A stretch of DNA of 64,000 bases, from NCBI GenBank assembly GCA_963817385.1, contig CAWFOM010000005.1:128001-192000 (forward strand). Reading direction: 5' to 3'. A model generated the notes under the pieces. The model saw nothing but the letters and a program-made list of their open reading frames with translations. It ran no database searches and was not told the DNA's origin. This DNA comes from an uncultured delta proteobacterium (GTDB taxonomy: Bacteria > Desulfobacterota > Syntrophia > Syntrophales > UBA5619). Below are positions 9,216-18,058 of this stretch, one piece after another (the stretch's first letter is position 1; each line of letters starts with the position of its first letter). The position numbers and the translations under genes were made by a program.

Positions 9216-10451
9216 TCAGGATTTCACCCCCTTGAGAACCTCGATGAAGGCATCGATCCGCGTCTCGATCTGGCTCTCGGAGAAGCTCCGCTCATCGACC
9301 ATGTCCGCTTCGATCATGAGCGTCGGGATCCCCAGCTTCTCCCGGACGATCCGCTGGATGTCGTACTGTCCGAAGGAGTAGGGCTTGCAGCTCCGATTGG
9401 AGTGCATGACGATGCCGTCTACGTCGTACTTGTCGGCCATCTCGATGACCTGCCGGGCCATCTCGTCCACGCCGATGTTGAGGTAGATCCGGGCGTGGCA
9501 TTCGGCCATCGACCCGAGAAAGTCATTTTCATCGACGTACCGGAGGGCGCCGCACCAGGAGGAGGTGTAGGTATCGGCGACGAGGCAGGCGTCCTGGGAG
9601 GCGAACTTCTCCGAAAGCCATTTCATCCGGTACCAGACGGGGATATTGTCCCAGAGGAGGCGGTATCGTTCGTTGGGAACGGCGCCGATCCCTAAGGCGA
9701 CGCGCTCCTGCATCTCGGCCAGCAGTATTTTGTAATAGTCCGTGGCCTGCTGCGTCCCGCGGAGGGTGACGATCAGCGCGAGGTTGATGAAGGCGTCGAA
9801 GGCGCTGATCGGCGCGGGACGGTTCATCGCCGTATCCAGAACCTTCTGCCAGAGCCTCTGACCCTCCACGGAGAGTCGCCCGACCTCCTTGATCCGGTCG
9901 TAATCGAACTTCTTTTTGCAGACCTTCTCCAGAAACGCGATGTATTCACCGATCTGGCTCTTGACGTAGCGGCGCGCCTCCGCGGTGAATTCCGTGTGGC
10001 AGAAGGGGGTGTCGAGGATGAAGAGCGGCACCTGGAAAAACCGGGCTTGCACCTCGTACCATTTGAGGACCGTGCCGCAGATGTTGTTGCAGCAGATGAG
10101 CATGTCGGGCCGGGGGAGGCCGCCGATCGGCCCGCCGTTGATCGGTGCGCAGGCGATATCGGCGCGGGCATAGGAGCACAGGTCGCTCGAATACCCCATC
10201 GCCTCGGCCTTCCCGCAGAGATCGGCCCCCATCTTGCTCGCCCCGATCATCGCCCCGTGGTTCTCCGGATAGACGGGGATCACATCCATCGCGATCAGAG
10301 GCTCCACGGGTCCCCCGCTCGTGATCCAGGCGACCTTCTTCCCCGACTGCTCCGCCGTCTTCGCCTCGATATAGTAGGCGGTCATGATCTCCTTCATCCG
10401 GGCGACCGCTTTGATCTTCCGCTTTTCCTTCGCCTCGTCTTTTTCAGCCAT
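9216..10451 (-). CDS. 2-hydroxyacyl-CoA dehydratase / benzoyl-CoA reductase family subunit
   Basis: DLCSYAR, CCNNICGT, HSNRSCKP, TRIDAFIE motifs. Confidence 0.88.
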   Translation of the reverse strand: MAEKDEAKEKRKIKAVARMKEIMTAYYIEAKTAEQSGKKVAWITSGGPVEPLIAMDVIPVYPENHGAMIGASKMGADLCGKAEAMGYSSDLCSYARADIACAPINGGPIGGLPRPDMLICCNNICGTVLKWYEVQARFFQVPLFILDTPFCHTEFTAEARRYVKSQIGEYIAFLEKVCKKKFDYDRIKEVGRLSVEGQRLWQKVLDTAMNRPAPISAFDAFINLALIVTLRGTQQATDYYKILLAEMQERVALGIGAVPNERYRLLWDNIPVWYRMKWLSEKFASQDACLVADTYTSSWCGALRYVDENDFLGSMAECHARIYLNIGVDEMARQVIEMADKYDVDGIVMHSNRSCKPYSFGQYDIQRIVREKLGIPTLMIEADMVDERSFSESQIETRIDAFIEVLKGVKS

Positions 10452-10528
10452 TGTCCTCACCCCATGAAAAAACTACCTTTAAACTAACTTCACCCACGGG
10501 CCTTGAAGGTGGACTTCATGCAAAATCC

Positions 10529-11686
10529 TCAGATCATCTCGACAAACGTCTCGAACCGCGTCCGGAGCTGTCCGTCGGCCGGGAGACGGTCCTCCACCTC
10601 GATGACCATGCTGGCGATCCCCGCCTTATCCAGGGCCTCCTTCAGATAGGGGTAATCGAAGGCATGGGGATCGCAGAACTTCAGGAAGAAGAAGACGACC
10701 CCCTGCGCCCGCTTCTCCCGGGCCAGGCGGACGAGATGGTCCGCACGGTCCGTCAGGCCCCGGTGCTTCGCCGGGCAGACGATCCGCTCCCGGTACCGCT
10801 CGGCGATCGCCGCGACGGGTTCGGCCGTTTCATCGATGAGGCCGCTAAAATACCGGGCGCCGGTGCAGAGGTCGTCCCCGACCACCGCGCCCCCCGCCTC
10901 CTCGATGATCGTATAGATGTCGGGGTGGTTGCAGACGCCGCCCGAGAGGATGAGCCGCTTTTTCAGGGGCCCGGACAAGGCCGCTTCCCCCATCCCCGGC
11001 CCTGCCCCCGCCTGCCTCTTAGCTTTTGTCTCCAGCACCGCGGCGATCTCCTCGAGGAGGGAGGCCACACGGACGCGGTCCATGATCATCGCACAGCGTA
11101 CCAGCGCATGGAGGTCGCTTCCCTTCATGATCTCCGGCCGGTCGCACTTCAGCTCATAGATCCGCGTCAGCGCCCCCCGGATGCGATTGGAAAGGACTAT
11201 CGCCCCCTTCAGATCGTCGTCACTGATCTTCGCGCCAAGCTTTTTCCCCAGCTCCTCCCGGAACCGCCTCAGGACCTCGACAAGGTAGAGCCGGGCGCTT
11301 TCGGTATCCAGCTTCGCCGGCAGCACCAGATCGAGGTGGAAGCAGCCGCCCACATTGAGGCGCCAGATGTCCGAGAGCCGCTGGATCGTATCGCAGGTAT
11401 GGGGGAAGACGACGCCGTCAAGGAAGGCGAGCCGCCCTCCCAGGGCGTCCTCCAGTGCGCCCCGGACCAGCGAGCAGCAGTAGGACTGTAGATGGGCTTC
11501 AGCGAGTCGGATCTTCTCCTCCGTGCCGAAGATACGAAAAGGGTGAGCCCCGGCGGCGACAATGAACTCCTCCGGCGCGTAGGAACAGAAGGTCCCGACA
11601 ATCTTCCTGCCGCTTTCCGCCTTCATCTTTTTCCCGTAACCGTTTGGATCTTTCAGAATTTGATAGCACTCTTCGATCTGCTTCAT
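10529..11686 (-). CDS. 2-hydroxyacyl-CoA dehydratase / benzoyl-CoA reductase family subunit
   Basis: FCSYAPEE, PHTCD, DDLCTG, KFCDPH, QLRTRFETF motifs. Confidence 0.88.
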   Translation of the reverse strand: MKQIEECYQILKDPNGYGKKMKAESGRKIVGTFCSYAPEEFIVAAGAHPFRIFGTEEKIRLAEAHLQSYCCSLVRGALEDALGGRLAFLDGVVFPHTCDTIQRLSDIWRLNVGGCFHLDLVLPAKLDTESARLYLVEVLRRFREELGKKLGAKISDDDLKGAIVLSNRIRGALTRIYELKCDRPEIMKGSDLHALVRCAMIMDRVRVASLLEEIAAVLETKAKRQAGAGPGMGEAALSGPLKKRLILSGGVCNHPDIYTIIEEAGGAVVGDDLCTGARYFSGLIDETAEPVAAIAERYRERIVCPAKHRGLTDRADHLVRLAREKRAQGVVFFFLKFCDPHAFDYPYLKEALDKAGIASMVIEVEDRLPADGQLRTRFETFVEMI

Positions 11687-11803
11687 CAATTTGGTCTCCT
11701 CGTCCAGAATCAAAAAATCGGGCCATTCGGTTCTTGCGTGCTTCTCTCCCGTTCTACGAGTCACGCTTTCATGGAATCAATAAAACGAATTACTCATTGA
11801 AAG

Positions 11804-11865
11804 GTGTAACGTGCTGCGAAGCCGGAGCCGCTTTTGGGTGATTCGGCTTCGGGAGGTTGTTCGGC
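11804..11865 (-). other. attC site of the mazEF cassette
   Basis: Minus strand GCCGAAC ... CGAAGCCG/CGGCTTCG stem ... GTTACAC; 62 bp, directly after the mazF stop. Confidence 0.75.
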
Positions 11866-11867
11866 CT

Positions 11868-12203
11868 TCAATATATACAGGCATCGAGTATGGAGAGCAC
11901 CATATCGAGCACCTCATTTGTCGCCCTTCCAATAAACTTGATCTTTCGTGCATGATAATCGATGGATTTCACTTGCTCAACCATGACAAAGCCAGTTATG
12001 TGCGGGTCGTTCAATACGGCTACATGGAAAGGGTATCTCCGGTCTGCGGTGGTTAGGGGGCACACCATTGCCAGGCCCGTCTGCTCGTTGAAGAGCGTAT
12101 TACTGACGACCAACGCAGGGCGACGCCCTTTCTGTTCATGGCCGGACTGAGGATCGAAGGTAAGCGCGACGAAATCCCCTTTTTTCGGAACATAGGATTT
12201 CAC
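11868..12203 (-). CDS. mazF: MazF/PemK toxin
   Basis: FDPQSGHEQKGRRPALVVS, VCPLT motifs. Confidence 0.93.
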   Translation of the reverse strand: MKSYVPKKGDFVALTFDPQSGHEQKGRRPALVVSNTLFNEQTGLAMVCPLTTADRRYPFHVAVLNDPHITGFVMVEQVKSIDYHARKIKFIGRATNEVLDMVLSILDACIY

Positions 12204-12452
12204 TTACCATACTTCCTTGCCGATTGGCTTACCCCAATCAGTTTCTTCAGGTTTGTAGTTTTTCGGTATGCGTGACACCAGTTCTTGCAGGCTCTGTTTG
12301 CCGCGGACCCGCCGCACCGGGGCTATAACAATCATGCCGTCTCGTGCGGCCACATCGACGTCGTCGCCAACCGAGATGCATGCGTCTTCAAGCACATGCT
12401 TTGCAAGACGTAATCCCTGGCTGTTTCCCCATTTCTGAATTCTTGTAACCAT
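12204..12452 (-). CDS. mazE: MazE/AbrB antitoxin
   Basis: MVTRIQKWGNSQGLRL ... DWGKPIGKEVW; GGAGG RBS. Confidence 0.93.
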   Translation of the reverse strand: MVTRIQKWGNSQGLRLAKHVLEDACISVGDDVDVAARDGMIVIAPVRRVRGKQSLQELVSRIPKNYKPEETDWGKPIGKEVW

Positions 12453-12471
12453 ATTTGCACCTCCTGTCCGG

Positions 12472-12511
12472 TGGATATCCATAGTATAGCCCACAAGAAA
12501 AGTCGTGTCAA
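12472..12511 (-). promoter_or_regulatory. Cassette-internal mazEF promoter and operator
   Basis: TTGACA-17 nt-TATACT plus palindrome TGGATATCCA (12472-12481). Confidence 0.8.
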
Positions 12512-12522
12512 CTCAGATTTAT

Positions 12523-12625
12523 GCCTAACGGTGCCGCGGCTGAGCGGCGGGCCGAGGAAAGTTCATTTTCGGTGGACCGACCGCTCAAGTCGCGTGTCCG
12601 GCCGCCGTGCAAACTATGGTTGGGC
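12523..12625 (-). other. attC site of the gamma-CA-like cassette (left boundary uncertain)
   Basis: Minus strand GCCCAAC (or degenerate GCCGGAC) ... GCGACTTGAGCGG pairing with CCGCTCAGCCGC with one extra base ... GTTAGGC. Confidence 0.7.
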
Positions 12626-12653
12626 CATGCTGCTGTACCCGTCTGGATGCTCG

Positions 12654-13271
12654 TTATTCATTCATGATATCGGACAGGTGTGCTTCAAATTCTCTCGAAC
12701 GTACCTCCGTGGCCAGGCGACATGCCGAGAAACGATCTGTTGGATCTGGTCTGATGCCAAAGGCAACCGTCGGAAAACCAATAGCCCTTATTCTTGTTAC
12801 AAGGTCCTTATCACTTGGCGGATATACCTGGAGTGGCTCGCCAATCGCAATGTTGTGCGGCGGAATGAATGTCCCTTCCGGGACAACCGCGTTGGCATGA
12901 ATGAGAGCGCCCACAGCAACCACCGAGCCCGCGCCGACCTTCGCCCCCTGAAGAACCGTTGCCCCGGTGGCCACGTATACGTATCGGTCCAAGGCGCAGC
13001 CAAGCAGCGTTGCGTGTGGGCCGATGAACACGTGATTGTCGATCACCACAGGACGCGGAATGGCACCCTGACCGGTAGCTCTAATGACGACGTTTTCACA
13101 TATTATGGTGCTCGCACCAATCGAGACAGTGGATGCCTCGGAATCCAAAACGGCGCCGTACATAACCCGAGAGTGCGCACCAACCTCTACGTTCCCGACA
13201 AGGACTGCTGTCGGCGCGATGTAGGCCGAGGAATCCACCTTTGGCTCATGCCCCCGATGCTTGATCTTCAT
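12654..13271 (-). CDS. Gamma-carbonic-anhydrase-like / hexapeptide-repeat (LbH) protein
   Basis: PKVDSSAYIAPTAVLVGNVEVG and hexapeptide repeats. Confidence 0.85.
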   Translation of the reverse strand: MKIKHRGHEPKVDSSAYIAPTAVLVGNVEVGAHSRVMYGAVLDSEASTVSIGASTIICENVVIRATGQGAIPRPVVIDNHVFIGPHATLLGCALDRYVYVATGATVLQGAKVGAGSVVAVGALIHANAVVPEGTFIPPHNIAIGEPLQVYPPSDKDLVTRIRAIGFPTVAFGIRPDPTDRFSACRLATEVRSREFEAHLSDIMNE

Positions 13272-13293
13272 ATCAATCCTTCTTCTATGCTCG

Positions 13294-13356
13294 ATTCAAC
13301 GGGAAGTTCACTGGGAGCCGGCTTTTTCGGCTACCCAGTGGAACGATTTGTTCGCC
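13294..13356 (-). other. attC site of the yefM-yoeB cassette
   Basis: R'' GGCGAAC, 5 nt, L'' GTTCCAC, stem, L' GTGAAC, 5 nt, R' GTTGAAT; 63 bp; R'' is the exact complement of GTTCGCC at attI. Confidence 0.9.
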
Positions 13357-13359
13357 GCT

Positions 13360-13623
13360 CTATTCGTAATGTGTCCACATACGTATTACCTTCACGGTCT
13401 TCATGTCATCGAGGACTTGATAGATAAGACGATGTTGAATGTTTATTCTTCGAGAGAAAGTCCCAGTAAGATCACCCACTAGCTTTTCGTAAGGCGGTGG
13501 GTATTGGTAAGGATTATCTTGTAGTATTTCTAAAAGTTTTGAAGCTTGCGGCTTAAGACCGGATCGTGCGATTTTCTTTGCGTCTTTTTGGGCCTGTTTG
13601 GTAAAGACCAGTCGCCAGTTCAC
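13360..13623 (-). CDS. yoeB: YoeB/Txe toxin
   Basis: PPPYEKLVGDL, SRRINIQHRLIY, RMWTHYE motifs. Confidence 0.93.
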   Translation of the reverse strand: MNWRLVFTKQAQKDAKKIARSGLKPQASKLLEILQDNPYQYPPPYEKLVGDLTGTFSRRINIQHRLIYQVLDDMKTVKVIRMWTHYE

Positions 13624-13862
13624 CAACCCGGTTCCTCCGAACATTTTTCTATTGGCGTCTTGATACCTTTCTTGATGGATTCCCTCATGCCCGGAATAGA
13701 AGCAAGATATAGTGTTTCTTCGATCGCCTTCCAGTCTTCTTCCGATACGAGAACCGCAGAATTTCTCTTGCCTACGATCTGGATGGGCGCATGTGACTCT
13801 TTGACTTCATCGACTAAATTGTATAGCCGTTTTCTTGCTTCAGATGCTGATAAAGTCGTCAT
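13620..13862 (-). CDS. yefM: Phd/YefM antitoxin
   Basis: SEARKRLYNLVDEV, EETLYLASIPGM motifs; overlaps yoeB start. Confidence 0.93.
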   Translation of the reverse strand: MTTLSASEARKRLYNLVDEVKESHAPIQIVGKRNSAVLVSEEDWKAIEETLYLASIPGMRESIKKGIKTPIEKCSEEPGW

Positions 13863-13880
13863 TTTCTATTTCCTCCTATT

Positions 13881-13919
13881 CGTACCATATATGGTACGTC
13901 AGCATCGCGTGGTTGTCAA
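13881..13919 (-). promoter_or_regulatory. yefM-yoeB promoter and operator
   Basis: TTGACA-17 nt-TACCAT overlapped by perfect 18-bp palindrome CGTACCATATATGGTACG (13881-13898). Confidence 0.8.
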
Positions 13920-13931
13920 GTCAATTTTCTC

Positions 13932-13954
13932 GGCGAACAATTAATATATCCAAC
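13932..13954 (-). other. Putative integron attI site
   Basis: Minus strand GTTGGAT-ATATTAATT-GTTCGCC between the first cassette and a divergent integrase remnant. Confidence 0.75.
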
Positions 13955-14010
13955 GGGTTTTTCCCAGACTCTCGTGTGGTAATATAGACCAAAAACCAAG
14001 TGGGTAAAAT

Positions 14011-14190
14011 ATGGGGAAAATGGAAACAACGCTCGATGATAAGCTGCCAGCGTTCAAAAAGTGCCTTTTGGAAAAGCATCTGGCCACGGCTAAGAATGTG
14101 CCTTTCTATGCCCATTGGGTCAGCCGGTTTCTCGATTATGCAAGAAGAAATGAATTTACAGCATTGGATTATCAGGAGGCTGCGAAGTGA
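14011..14190 (+). pseudogene. intI: Truncated integron integrase (N-terminal 59 aa only)
   Basis: My translation: MGKMETTLDDKLPAFKKCLLEKHLATAKNVPFYAHWVSRFLDYARRNEFTALDYQEAAK*; resembles the N-terminal SAM-like part of long integron integrases; divergent from attI and cassettes; not in the ORF track. Confidence 0.7.
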
Positions 14191-14234
14191 CCCCCGAACC
14201 GCAGCCGTCGGGCATGAACCCGTCCGTCCCGGAA

Positions 14235-15953
14235 TCATTCTCCGCAGTACTTCCCCTCGGCCCTCAGCTTCGCGATCTCCTGCTGCTCGAGGGTATTGAA
14301 GGCCACTTTTCCCACCAGCGTGCAGGGGAGGTCGCTCCTGAATTCGATCTCCCGGGGACAACTCCAGCGGATCAGGTGCTCCTGGCAATGGGCGATGAGC
14401 GCCGCCTCCGTCTCGGCGGAGGCTTTCGCCGGGTCCTTGAGGACGACGAACGCCTTGACCCGCTGGACCTGCTTCTCGTCGGGGACGCCGATGACGCAGG
14501 TCTTCGCGACGTCGGGGTGTTTGTAGAGGACGTCCTCCACCTGGGCGGGATAGACGTTCATCCCGGAGGATTTGATCATCCGCTTCTGGCGGAGCTTGAA
14601 ATAGAAGAAGCCGTCCGCGTCCATCGTGCCGATGTCGCCCGTGTGGAGCCAGAGCCGCCCGTCGGCATGGGTGCGGAGCGTCTGCGCCGTCTCCTCCGGC
14701 TGATCGAGGTAGCCGAGCATCACCGCCGGGCCGTGCAGGCAGATCTCCCCCTCCTGGCCGAGCGGCGCCTCCTCGGTCGTTCCCGTCGTGACGATCTTGG
14801 CGAGCATGTCGGGGAAGGGGATCCCCACGCTTCCCTCGCGGTACTGGTTGAGCGGCGTCGCCATGATCCCCGTCACGGCCTCCGTGAGACCGTAGCCTTC
14901 CAGAAGCTGGACGCTCCCGCCCCGCTCCTTCACGACCGCTTCGAACCGCTCCTTGACCGGCCGCGGGAGCGTATCCGCCCCGCTGACGGTTGCCTTGAGG
15001 CAGCTCAGATCGGCCTTCTTGAACACGGGATTGTTGCCCAGGGCATCGAAGAGGGTCGGCACGCCGACGACCATGGTCGGGCGCTTTTTTTTGATCAGGC
15101 CGGCCACGATCTCCGGCGTGAACTGGGGAACGAGGATGCTCTTCCCCCCGCCCATGAAAACGGCGTTGACGCAGACCCCGAGGCCGAAGCCGTGGAAGAT
15201 CGGGAGGATCGCGAGGATGGAATCCCCGCCCCCCATGCTCCCCCAGGCGGAGACCATCATCCCCTCGCTGATGAAGTTGTAGTTGGAGAGCATGATCCCC
15301 TTCGGCACGCCGGTGGTGCCGCCGCTGTAGAGGATGACGGCCATCTCGTCGGTGTCCATCCGGGCCTTCGGCGCCGGCGGATAGGCGCCCTTCATCAGAT
15401 CGCTCCACCAGCGGACGAGCGGATCGGCCGGGACCGGCGGGATCTTCCGCCCCTTGGTCAGGTTGAAGCCGATCTTCTTGACGAGCGGCAGATAATCGGG
15501 GATGCGGGCGAGGATCAGCGTCTGGAGCCCGGTCGCCGCCTGGACCTCCTTGAATTTTCCGTAAAAGGCGTCGAGCGTCAGTGCGAAGCGGCTCTTGGCC
15601 GTCTTGAGGTAGAATTCGATCTCCTTGGCGGGCGAGAGGGGGTGGATCATGCTCGCCACGATCCCCAGCTTGTTGGCGGCGTAGAAGCAGATGATCCCCT
15701 GCGGGCAGGTGGGCATGGAGATCGTGATCCGGTCGCCCTTCTTCATCCCCAAAGCGGCCAGGGCGTTGGCACACCGATCGATCTCGCCCGCGAACTGCCG
15801 GTAGGTAGATGTCGTTCCGAAGAAATCGTAGGCGACGACCTCCGGGCAGCGCTCGACGGTCTGCATCAGCGCCTCGTACATCGTTACCCGCGGGTAATCG
15901 ATGTGCTCCGGAATATCGCCGTAAAACTTCAACCAGGGTTTCTGTTCATACAT
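14235..15953 (-). CDS. Long-chain acyl-CoA synthetase (AMP-binding)
   Basis: YSGGTTGVPKG, EGYGLTE, WLHTGDIG motifs. Confidence 0.93.
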   Translation of the reverse strand: MYEQKPWLKFYGDIPEHIDYPRVTMYEALMQTVERCPEVVAYDFFGTTSTYRQFAGEIDRCANALAALGMKKGDRITISMPTCPQGIICFYAANKLGIVASMIHPLSPAKEIEFYLKTAKSRFALTLDAFYGKFKEVQAATGLQTLILARIPDYLPLVKKIGFNLTKGRKIPPVPADPLVRWWSDLMKGAYPPAPKARMDTDEMAVILYSGGTTGVPKGIMLSNYNFISEGMMVSAWGSMGGGDSILAILPIFHGFGLGVCVNAVFMGGGKSILVPQFTPEIVAGLIKKKRPTMVVGVPTLFDALGNNPVFKKADLSCLKATVSGADTLPRPVKERFEAVVKERGGSVQLLEGYGLTEAVTGIMATPLNQYREGSVGIPFPDMLAKIVTTGTTEEAPLGQEGEICLHGPAVMLGYLDQPEETAQTLRTHADGRLWLHTGDIGTMDADGFFYFKLRQKRMIKSSGMNVYPAQVEDVLYKHPDVAKTCVIGVPDEKQVQRVKAFVVLKDPAKASAETEAALIAHCQEHLIRWSCPREIEFRSDLPCTLVGKVAFNTLEQQEIAKLRAEGKYCGE

Positions 15954-15988
15954 AAGCAACTCCCTTCTGCAGGTCGGAAGAACCCGCC

Positions 15989-17602
15989 CTACCGCATGCA
16001 GACGCTCAGCACCTCGGTAAGATCCGTCTCCCCGCTGAGGACCTTGACGACCCCATCCTGCAGGAGTGTCTTCATCCCCTGGGCCATGGAGGCCTTCCGA
16101 AGGGCCAGCATGGACTTGCGGCTGATGATCATATGCTTGATCTCGTCGGTGGCGTGCAGCAACTCGTAGATCCCCATCATGCCGCGGTAACCCGTATCAT
16201 TGCACTCGGAGCATCCGCAGGCCCGGTAGAGCAGGAACCGCTCATCATACAAGACACCGAGACGGGTAAACCATTTCTCGTCGTAGCTCCGGGCGATCTC
16301 ATCAAACTCTTCCTGCGTGGGATGGTAGGCCTCCCGGCAGTAGGTGCAGAGCCGCCGCACCAGCCGCTGGGCAAGGACGCACAGGAGCGAGTCGGCGAAG
16401 GCGATGGGATCGATCCCCATATCCAGCAGTCTCACGATCGTCTCGGGGGCGTTATTCGTATGCAGGGTGCTCATGACGAGATGTCCGGTGGTCGAGGCCT
16501 CGATCCCCATCTTGGCCGTCTCGTAATCGCGCATCTCCCCGACCATGATGATATCCGGGTCCGACCGCAGGAAGGCCCGCATGGCGTTACTGAAATCGAA
16601 CCCGATCTTGTGATGAACCTGCACCTGCCGAAGCCCCTTCTGGGTGATCTCCACGGGGTCTTCCGCCGTCCAGATCTTGACGTTCGGGCGGTTGAGCACG
16701 TGCAGCGCGGCGTGGGCGGTGGTCGTCTTCCCCGAACCGGTCGGCCCGACGATGAGGATGAGACCGTAGGGTTTTTTCAGAATTTGCTGGAACTGCTCCC
16801 GGTCTTCCCGGGACATGTTGAGTTCTTCAAGCGTCATGATGGCGCCCCGGGTGAGGATCCGGAGCACCACGTCCTCGACGCCGCCGTGGGTGGGAATGGT
16901 CGCCACGCGCAGTTCGATGTCCCCGGATCCGGCGGTCGTGAACTTGATCTTGCCGTCTTGGGGAAGTCTCTTTTCGGTGATGTCCAAATTCGACATGATC
17001 TTGATCCGGGAGACGATGGCGGCCCGGTATTTATAAGGATAATCCTGGTAATGGATGCACTCGCCGTCGATGCGGAATCGTACCTGGACCTGCTGGTCTT
17101 TGGTGTCGGGTTCGATATGGATGTCGGAAGCCCGCCTGGCGAAGGCCTCCTGGATCATGCGGTTGACGATCCGGATGATGGCGCCGTCTGATTCGGGTGA
17201 TGGGTGTTCCCCCTCTTCCGTTGCGGTCTTGCCCGATGAACCCGCAGGATGAACCATCGCGCCCGCTTCCTCGTCCCGGTAGAAATGATCGATGAAGGAG
17301 AGGATCTCCTCGGGCGGGGCCTTCCGGTAATCGACGGCCTTCGTCTTGAGCAGGTTCTCGATCATGTCCCGTTTCAAAATATTGTTCGGATCGTCCAAAA
17401 GCACCGTGATCCGGCCGCCCACCTTTTTCAGGGGGATCCAGAGTTCACGGCGGAGGTACTCGTACTTCAGGTTGCGCAGGAGCTCCTCGGGAACGGGGTA
17501 GGCCTCGTCAAAAAGGCATTCCCCTTCGGCCGGGTCATCGGGCGTCGCCGATAGCCTCCCCGCAGCGCCTCGTCCACCCTTTTTTTGTCTCTCCTCCTTC
17601 AT
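15989..17602 (-). CDS. GspE/PulE/PilB-family ATPase (orphan)
   Basis: ASDIHIEP, RLPQDG, GPTGSGKTTT, AEDPVE, DPDIIMVGEMRD, two CxxC pairs. Confidence 0.92.
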   Translation of the reverse strand: MKEERQKKGGRGAAGRLSATPDDPAEGECLFDEAYPVPEELLRNLKYEYLRRELWIPLKKVGGRITVLLDDPNNILKRDMIENLLKTKAVDYRKAPPEEILSFIDHFYRDEEAGAMVHPAGSSGKTATEEGEHPSPESDGAIIRIVNRMIQEAFARRASDIHIEPDTKDQQVQVRFRIDGECIHYQDYPYKYRAAIVSRIKIMSNLDITEKRLPQDGKIKFTTAGSGDIELRVATIPTHGGVEDVVLRILTRGAIMTLEELNMSREDREQFQQILKKPYGLILIVGPTGSGKTTTAHAALHVLNRPNVKIWTAEDPVEITQKGLRQVQVHHKIGFDFSNAMRAFLRSDPDIIMVGEMRDYETAKMGIEASTTGHLVMSTLHTNNAPETIVRLLDMGIDPIAFADSLLCVLAQRLVRRLCTYCREAYHPTQEEFDEIARSYDEKWFTRLGVLYDERFLLYRACGCSECNDTGYRGMMGIYELLHATDEIKHMIISRKSMLALRKASMAQGMKTLLQDGVVKVLSGETDLTEVLSVCMR

Positions 17603-17788
17603 CCCGCTTCAACTCCTTTTATCACGCGGCGAATCCCCTTTTCCCCTCCCGGACAGGGCGCCGCTCAACAACGAAAACGATCCTCCCCGGCGTGCGGCGG
17701 AGAGGTTCGATGATAGGAGGAATGAGTGCGCATGTCAAAGATTTTTCAACCACTCCGGCGGATATCTGTCAACGGAAGTATTTTCTCC

Positions 17789-17825
17789 TTGACATTTTTC
17801 CGCGATTGATATGTGATATATCACA
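17789..17825 (+). promoter_or_regulatory. Promoter with putative operator upstream of the first tct operon
   Basis: TTGACA followed by GATATGTGATATATCACA, containing the perfect palindrome TGTGATATATCACA. Confidence 0.6.
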
Positions 17826-18058
17826 AATACACGGTGGAACGTAAAATAGTAAACAGAAACTAATGGTTACGATGTTTTCTGTCCTTTCGTCTCGCCATGA
17901 TAAGGTTCATACCGATTCGTATCTGAAAGGAAAGTTGCGGTGAGAGGCGCCTCGCCGGATGAAACTCTCTGTGGACTGATGCCATCCGGTGACGGCGGGA
18001 AGCGGAGACTTTTTCTTTAACCGTTCGATCAATCCGTTCGATCAATGAGGAGGGAGTC

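Noticed and set aside
13921..16169. Long ORFs 13921-15774 (-, 617 aa) and 14187-16169 (+, 660 aa)
   Set aside because: Alternate-frame and antisense shadows of the GC-rich acyl-CoA ligase gene; no motifs.
17812..17825. CRP/FNR-type site TGTGA...TCACA
   Set aside because: Spacer is 4 nt rather than 6; better explained by the motif shared with 21090.
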